DNA of 64,000 bases from Rhodospirillaceae bacterium. GTDB lineage: Bacteria > Pseudomonadota > Alphaproteobacteria > UBA6615. Location of the stretch: NCBI GenBank assembly GCA_018667335.1, contig JABIVD010000015.1, positions 93,211 to 157,210 of the forward strand. The letters run 5' to 3'. Position numbers and translations under genes: made by a program. The notes under the pieces were generated by a model. The model was given only the letters and a program-made list of their open reading frames with translations, was not told the origin of the DNA and made no database searches. Shown here in pieces: positions 60,415 to 64,000 of this stretch (within the stretch, counting starts at the first letter, position 1; the number at the start of each line of letters is the position of its first letter).

Positions 60415-62289
60415 ATGATCAGTTTTATTGCCGGAATGGATCCGAGCCAGCTCGGAATGTGGCTGACCTTCGCCGTGATTCTCGTGGCGTTGGTCATGTA
60501 TACGCTCGAGCGGCTGACGTTCGAGCTGACCTCGCTCGGCGTGATCTGCGTCCTGCTGGTGTTTTTCCACTTCGTCCCGGTTGTCGACGCGGGCGGCAAC
60601 AACATCCTTACCCCGACGCGGTTGCTCGCCGGATTCGCCAATCCGGCGCTGCTGACGGTGATTGCCCTGCTGGTCATGGGCGAGGGTCTGGCGCGGACCG
60701 GCGTGCTGGTGGCCGGGGCGCAGATGTTTTTTCGCTATGGACGCGGCCACGCCGCACTGGCGACCGGGCTGGCCTTTGTCGCCGTTCTGGTGGTTAGCGG
60801 TTTCATGAACAACACGCCCGTGGTCGTGATCTTCATCCCGATCATGCAGGCGCTTGCCACGCGCCTCGGGCAGTCGCCCTCGCGGCTGATGATGCCCTTG
60901 TCCTTCGCCGCCATTCTCGGCGGCATGACGACCCTGATCGGCTCAAGCACGAACCTTCTGGTGTCCGGCATGCTGATCGAGTTGGGCAGTGAGGGTTTCT
61001 CGTTCTTTCAGTTCGCGGTGCCTGGTGCTGTGTTGGCGCTGGTGGGGGTCGTCTATGTGATTTTCATTTGCCCGCGGCTGCTGCCCGAGCGCGCGCTGCT
61101 GACCAACACCATCGCGGGCGGTGGGCGCCAGTTTATGGCCGAAGTCGCGGTCACCGAAGGTTCCAAATTTCATGGCATGCAGCCGCGCGGCGGGTTCTTC
61201 CCGGACCTGAAGGACATGACGGTGCGTTTGATCCTTCACGAGGGGGAGTCTGTCATACCGCCGTTTGACGATAATTTTCGACTTTCCGACGGAGATATCA
61301 TCGTGGTCGCGGCGACCCGTGCGGCCCTGACGGGGGCGCTGAAGGGCGAGCCGGAACAATTCCATCCCGAACTGGATCAGGACTGGGAACGTTTCGAGGG
61401 CGAGGACGGCTCGCAACGTTGGCAGGTGGGCAACCAGGTTCTGGCCGAAGCCATGGTGACGCCAGCCTCGCGCCTGGTCGGGCAAACCCTCAACCAGATC
61501 GGGTTCCGTTACCAGTACCACTGCGTGGTGCTGGGTATTCAGCGCCGTTCCCAGATGATCCGAGCACGGGTGACGGATATTCGTCTCGAGCCGGGCGATG
61601 TGCTCCTGATGCAGGGGCGCGAGAGCGACGTTGAGGCTTTGCGTGGCAATCAGGATATCCTGCTGGTTGAATGGACTGCCGCCGAGATGCCGGCGGTGCA
61701 TCACGCGCGTAGCACGCTCGTGATTTTCGCCGCTGTGATCGCTTCCGCGGCGTTCGGGATCGTTCCCATCGAGATTGCAACGTTGGTGGGGGCGGGTGCG
61801 ATGCTCGCGACGGGTGTGTTGAACATCCGCCAGGCGGCACGCGCGATCGACCGGACAATTGTGATGATGATTGCGGCTGCGTTGGCGCTCGGCAGTGCGT
61901 TGCAGGCGACGGGCGGGGCGGAGTTTCTCGCAGGCCTGTTGTTGAGTGCCGTGGGCGACGCGTCCCCGGCTGTGATCCTGTCCGCATTCTTTCTGCTGGT
62001 GGCGGTGTTGGCCAACATCATCAGCACAAAGGCGACCGCAGTGCTGTTTACGCCGATAGCCGTCGGGCTGGCCAACGGGCTGGCGCTTCCCATCGAACCG
62101 TTTGCCGTTGCGGTCGTTTTCGCCGCGAACTGCTCCTTCGCATCGCCGGTTGGATATCAAACGAACCTGCTTGTGATGGCGCCGGGCAACTACCGATTCA
62201 TCGATTTTGTCCGGGTGGGATCGCCGCTGCTGATCATCGTCTGGCTGACGTTTAGCCTCGTCGCACCCTGGTACTACGGCCTTATTTGA
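60415..62289 (+). CDS. SLC13/DASS permease with TrkA-C domains
   Basis: SGFMNNTPVV, TLIGSSTNL, PVGYQTN, central TrkA-C repeats. Confidence 0.9.
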   Translation: MISFIAGMDPSQLGMWLTFAVILVALVMYTLERLTFELTSLGVICVLLVFFHFVPVVDAGGNNILTPTRLLAGFANPALLTVIALLVMGEGLARTGVLVAGAQMFFRYGRGHAALATGLAFVAVLVVSGFMNNTPVVVIFIPIMQALATRLGQSPSRLMMPLSFAAILGGMTTLIGSSTNLLVSGMLIELGSEGFSFFQFAVPGAVLALVGVVYVIFICPRLLPERALLTNTIAGGGRQFMAEVAVTEGSKFHGMQPRGGFFPDLKDMTVRLILHEGESVIPPFDDNFRLSDGDIIVVAATRAALTGALKGEPEQFHPELDQDWERFEGEDGSQRWQVGNQVLAEAMVTPASRLVGQTLNQIGFRYQYHCVVLGIQRRSQMIRARVTDIRLEPGDVLLMQGRESDVEALRGNQDILLVEWTAAEMPAVHHARSTLVIFAAVIASAAFGIVPIEIATLVGAGAMLATGVLNIRQAARAIDRTIVMMIAAALALGSALQATGGAEFLAGLLLSAVGDASPAVILSAFFLLVAVLANIISTKATAVLFTPIAVGLANGLALPIEPFAVAVVFAANCSFASPVGYQTNLLVMAPGNYRFIDFVRVGSPLLIIVWLTFSLVAPWYYGLI

Positions 62290-62318
62290 TCTCGGTTTGC
62301 CCTGCGACAATGCGGCTA

Positions 62319-62346
62319 TTGACCCGGCGTGAAATACTTCTAGTTT
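62319..62346 (+). promoter_or_regulatory. Putative sigma70 promoter for serC
   Basis: TTGACC-N16-TAGTTT. Confidence 0.5.
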
Positions 62347-62351
62347 CTGCG

Positions 62352-62404
62352 GTGGGCCACACCTCCCCAACGAGGTGCGGCGTTCTGTAAGGAGCGCGTT
62401 TATG
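62352..62404 (+). promoter_or_regulatory. serC leader RNA motif
   Basis: Hairpin CACCTC-CCCAAC-GAGGTG, then GCGTTCT-GTAA-GGAGCGC sequestering the SD directly before serC. Confidence 0.7.
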
Positions 62405-63577
62405 ACGCAAACACCGAATAAGCCGGGCATCCGTCCGGCGTCACCCCTCTTTTCCTCTGGCCCCTGCGCCAAGCGACCCGGATGGTCGCTGGATGCGCTG
62501 AGCGATGCGAGCATCGGGCGTTCGCATCGCGCGAAGGGACCCAAGGCCAAACTCCAGCGTGTCATCGAGGACAGCCGGTCGATCCTGGGAATTCCCGAGG
62601 ATTATCGCATTGGCATCGTGCCCGCTTCAGACACAGGCGCGTTCGAGATGGCCATGTGGTCGGTACTCGGCGCCCGGCCGATCGACATTCTCGCCTGGGA
62701 GAGTTTTGGGGAAGGTTGGGCCACGGATGTGGTCAAGCAGCTCAAGCTCGACGATGTCCGGGTGCTCGACGCCGAATATGGTGCGCTGCCCGATCTCGGC
62801 ACCGTCGATTTCGCGCGGGACGTGATCTTCACCTGGAACGGGACGACCTCGGGTGTCCGCGTCCCTGATGGCGACTGGATCTCTGACGATCGTGCGGGCC
62901 TGACCCTGTGTGATGCAACGTCTGCGGCGTTTGCCATGGATTTGCCCTGGGACAAGCTCGATATCGTCACCTGGTCCTGGCAGAAGGTCCTCGGCGGTGA
63001 GGGACAGCATGGCATGCTGGTGCTTAGCCCGCGTGCGGTCGAGCGGCTCGAAAGCTACGCGCCGGCCTGGCCGATGCCGAAGATTTTCCGCCTGACCAAG
63101 GGCGGTAAGCTAAATGAGGATATCTTCAAGGGCAGCACCATCAACACACCCTCGATGCTGTGCGTGGAAGATCATCTCGACGCATTGGATTGGTCGCGCG
63201 AAATCGGTGGCATCGACGCCCTGATAGGCCGTTCGAACGCCAACTTCAGCGTGATCGATGCCTGGGTGGCGGGTTCGGACTGGGCGGCATTCCTCGCCGA
63301 TGATCCGGCGCTGCGCTCGACGACCAGCGTCTGCCTCAAGATAGTCGATTCCTGGTTTGCGACGCTCGATAGTGACGACCAGTCGGCAACAGCGAAGGCA
63401 GTTGCGAGCCTGCTCGACAGTGAAGGTGTTGCTTTCGACGTCGGCGCCTATCGTGATGCACCGCCTGGCCTGCGAATATGGGCTGGCGCGACAGTGGAAC
63501 AGTCGAATCTCGAGGCGTTGATGCCTTGGCTCGACTGGGCTTTCAAGACCATCAAGGCCGAACGCGCCGCTGCCTGA
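62402..63577 (+). CDS. serC: Phosphoserine aminotransferase (alphaproteobacterial/Methanosarcina type)
   Basis: [42 protein letters not shown]. Confidence 0.94.
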   Translation: MTQTPNKPGIRPASPLFSSGPCAKRPGWSLDALSDASIGRSHRAKGPKAKLQRVIEDSRSILGIPEDYRIGIVPASDTGAFEMAMWSVLGARPIDILAWESFGEGWATDVVKQLKLDDVRVLDAEYGALPDLGTVDFARDVIFTWNGTTSGVRVPDGDWISDDRAGLTLCDATSAAFAMDLPWDKLDIVTWSWQKVLGGEGQHGMLVLSPRAVERLESYAPAWPMPKIFRLTKGGKLNEDIFKGSTINTPSMLCVEDHLDALDWSREIGGIDALIGRSNANFSVIDAWVAGSDWAAFLADDPALRSTTSVCLKIVDSWFATLDSDDQSATAKAVASLLDSEGVAFDVGAYRDAPPGLRIWAGATVEQSNLEALMPWLDWAFKTIKAERAAA

Positions 63578-63639
63578 TCGGCCCGGCTTAACACACCGAA
63601 ATAATTTGAACCCCCGCAGAAACGCGGAAGGATGATCCC

Positions 63640-64000
63640 ATGCCGAAAGTACTGATTTCCGACAAAATGAGTGACCGCGCGAAAGAGATTTTCGTCGAAC
63701 GCGGGGTCGAGGTCGATGTGACGACGGGCCTGTCCGAAGAAGAACTGATCGCCATCATCGGCGACTATGACGGGCTGGCCATCCGTTCGGCCACCAAGGC
63801 CACCGCGAAAGTTCTGGAGGCCGCGACCAATCTGAAGGTCATCGGTCGCGCCGGTATCGGGGTCGACAATATCGACCGGGACGCCGCCACGGCGCGCGGG
63901 ATTGTCGTCATGAACACGCCCTTCGGCAACGCGATCACCACCGCCGAACACGCCATCGCGATGATGATGGCGCTCGCCCGACAGATTCCGGAGGCCAACA
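63640..64000 (+). CDS. serA: D-3-phosphoglycerate dehydrogenase (5' part, truncated by the window)
   Basis: MPKVLISDKMS..IRSATK..IGRAGIGVDNID..VMNTPFGNAITTAEH. Confidence 0.95.
   Translation, partial: MPKVLISDKMSDRAKEIFVERGVEVDVTTGLSEEELIAIIGDYDGLAIRSATKATAKVLEAATNLKVIGRAGIGVDNIDRDAATARGIVVMNTPFGNAITTAEHAIAMMMALARQIPEAN

Overview
GC-rich chromosomal window from an alphaproteobacterium, probably a Rhodospirillales-like lineage (inferred from class I LysRS, TrcR/DUF1013, the tkt<->zauP-zapA-6S-ygfA-ymdB-yebC-ruvCAB-ybgC-tol/pal-cpoB-tilS-ftsH-folP-glmM-thiD order and the serC leader). It is mostly core housekeeping genes. I found no rRNA, tRNA, CRISPR array, integrase or transposase. The most interesting signals are non-coding. 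(1) A LysR gene sits between gap and fbaB with a TGT(T/G)CC-N5-GGAACA box at its own start and a perfect copy about 67 bp upstream of a convergent, unannotated ~92-nt three-hairpin RNA with an anti-Shine-Dalgarno loop. This is a candidate LysR-activated sRNA module. (2) A second CCUCCC-type sRNA candidate lies behind trcR, has a CtrA-like box and shares a 10-mer with the first. (3) Duplicated or 'ghost' gene 3' ends recur (purK, DUF1192, tilS, a receiver gene, a MetE-like gene), including a displaced purK tail that brackets an MFS gene next to a low-GC orphan lipoprotein island. (4) A MotA/ZorA-like plus MotB/ZorB-like pair and an atypical OmpA-family gene lie outside any flagellar or defence context. 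(5) thiE (CTG) and ygfA (ATC) probably use non-canonical start codons. All family calls come from motif recognition by eye, with no database searches.
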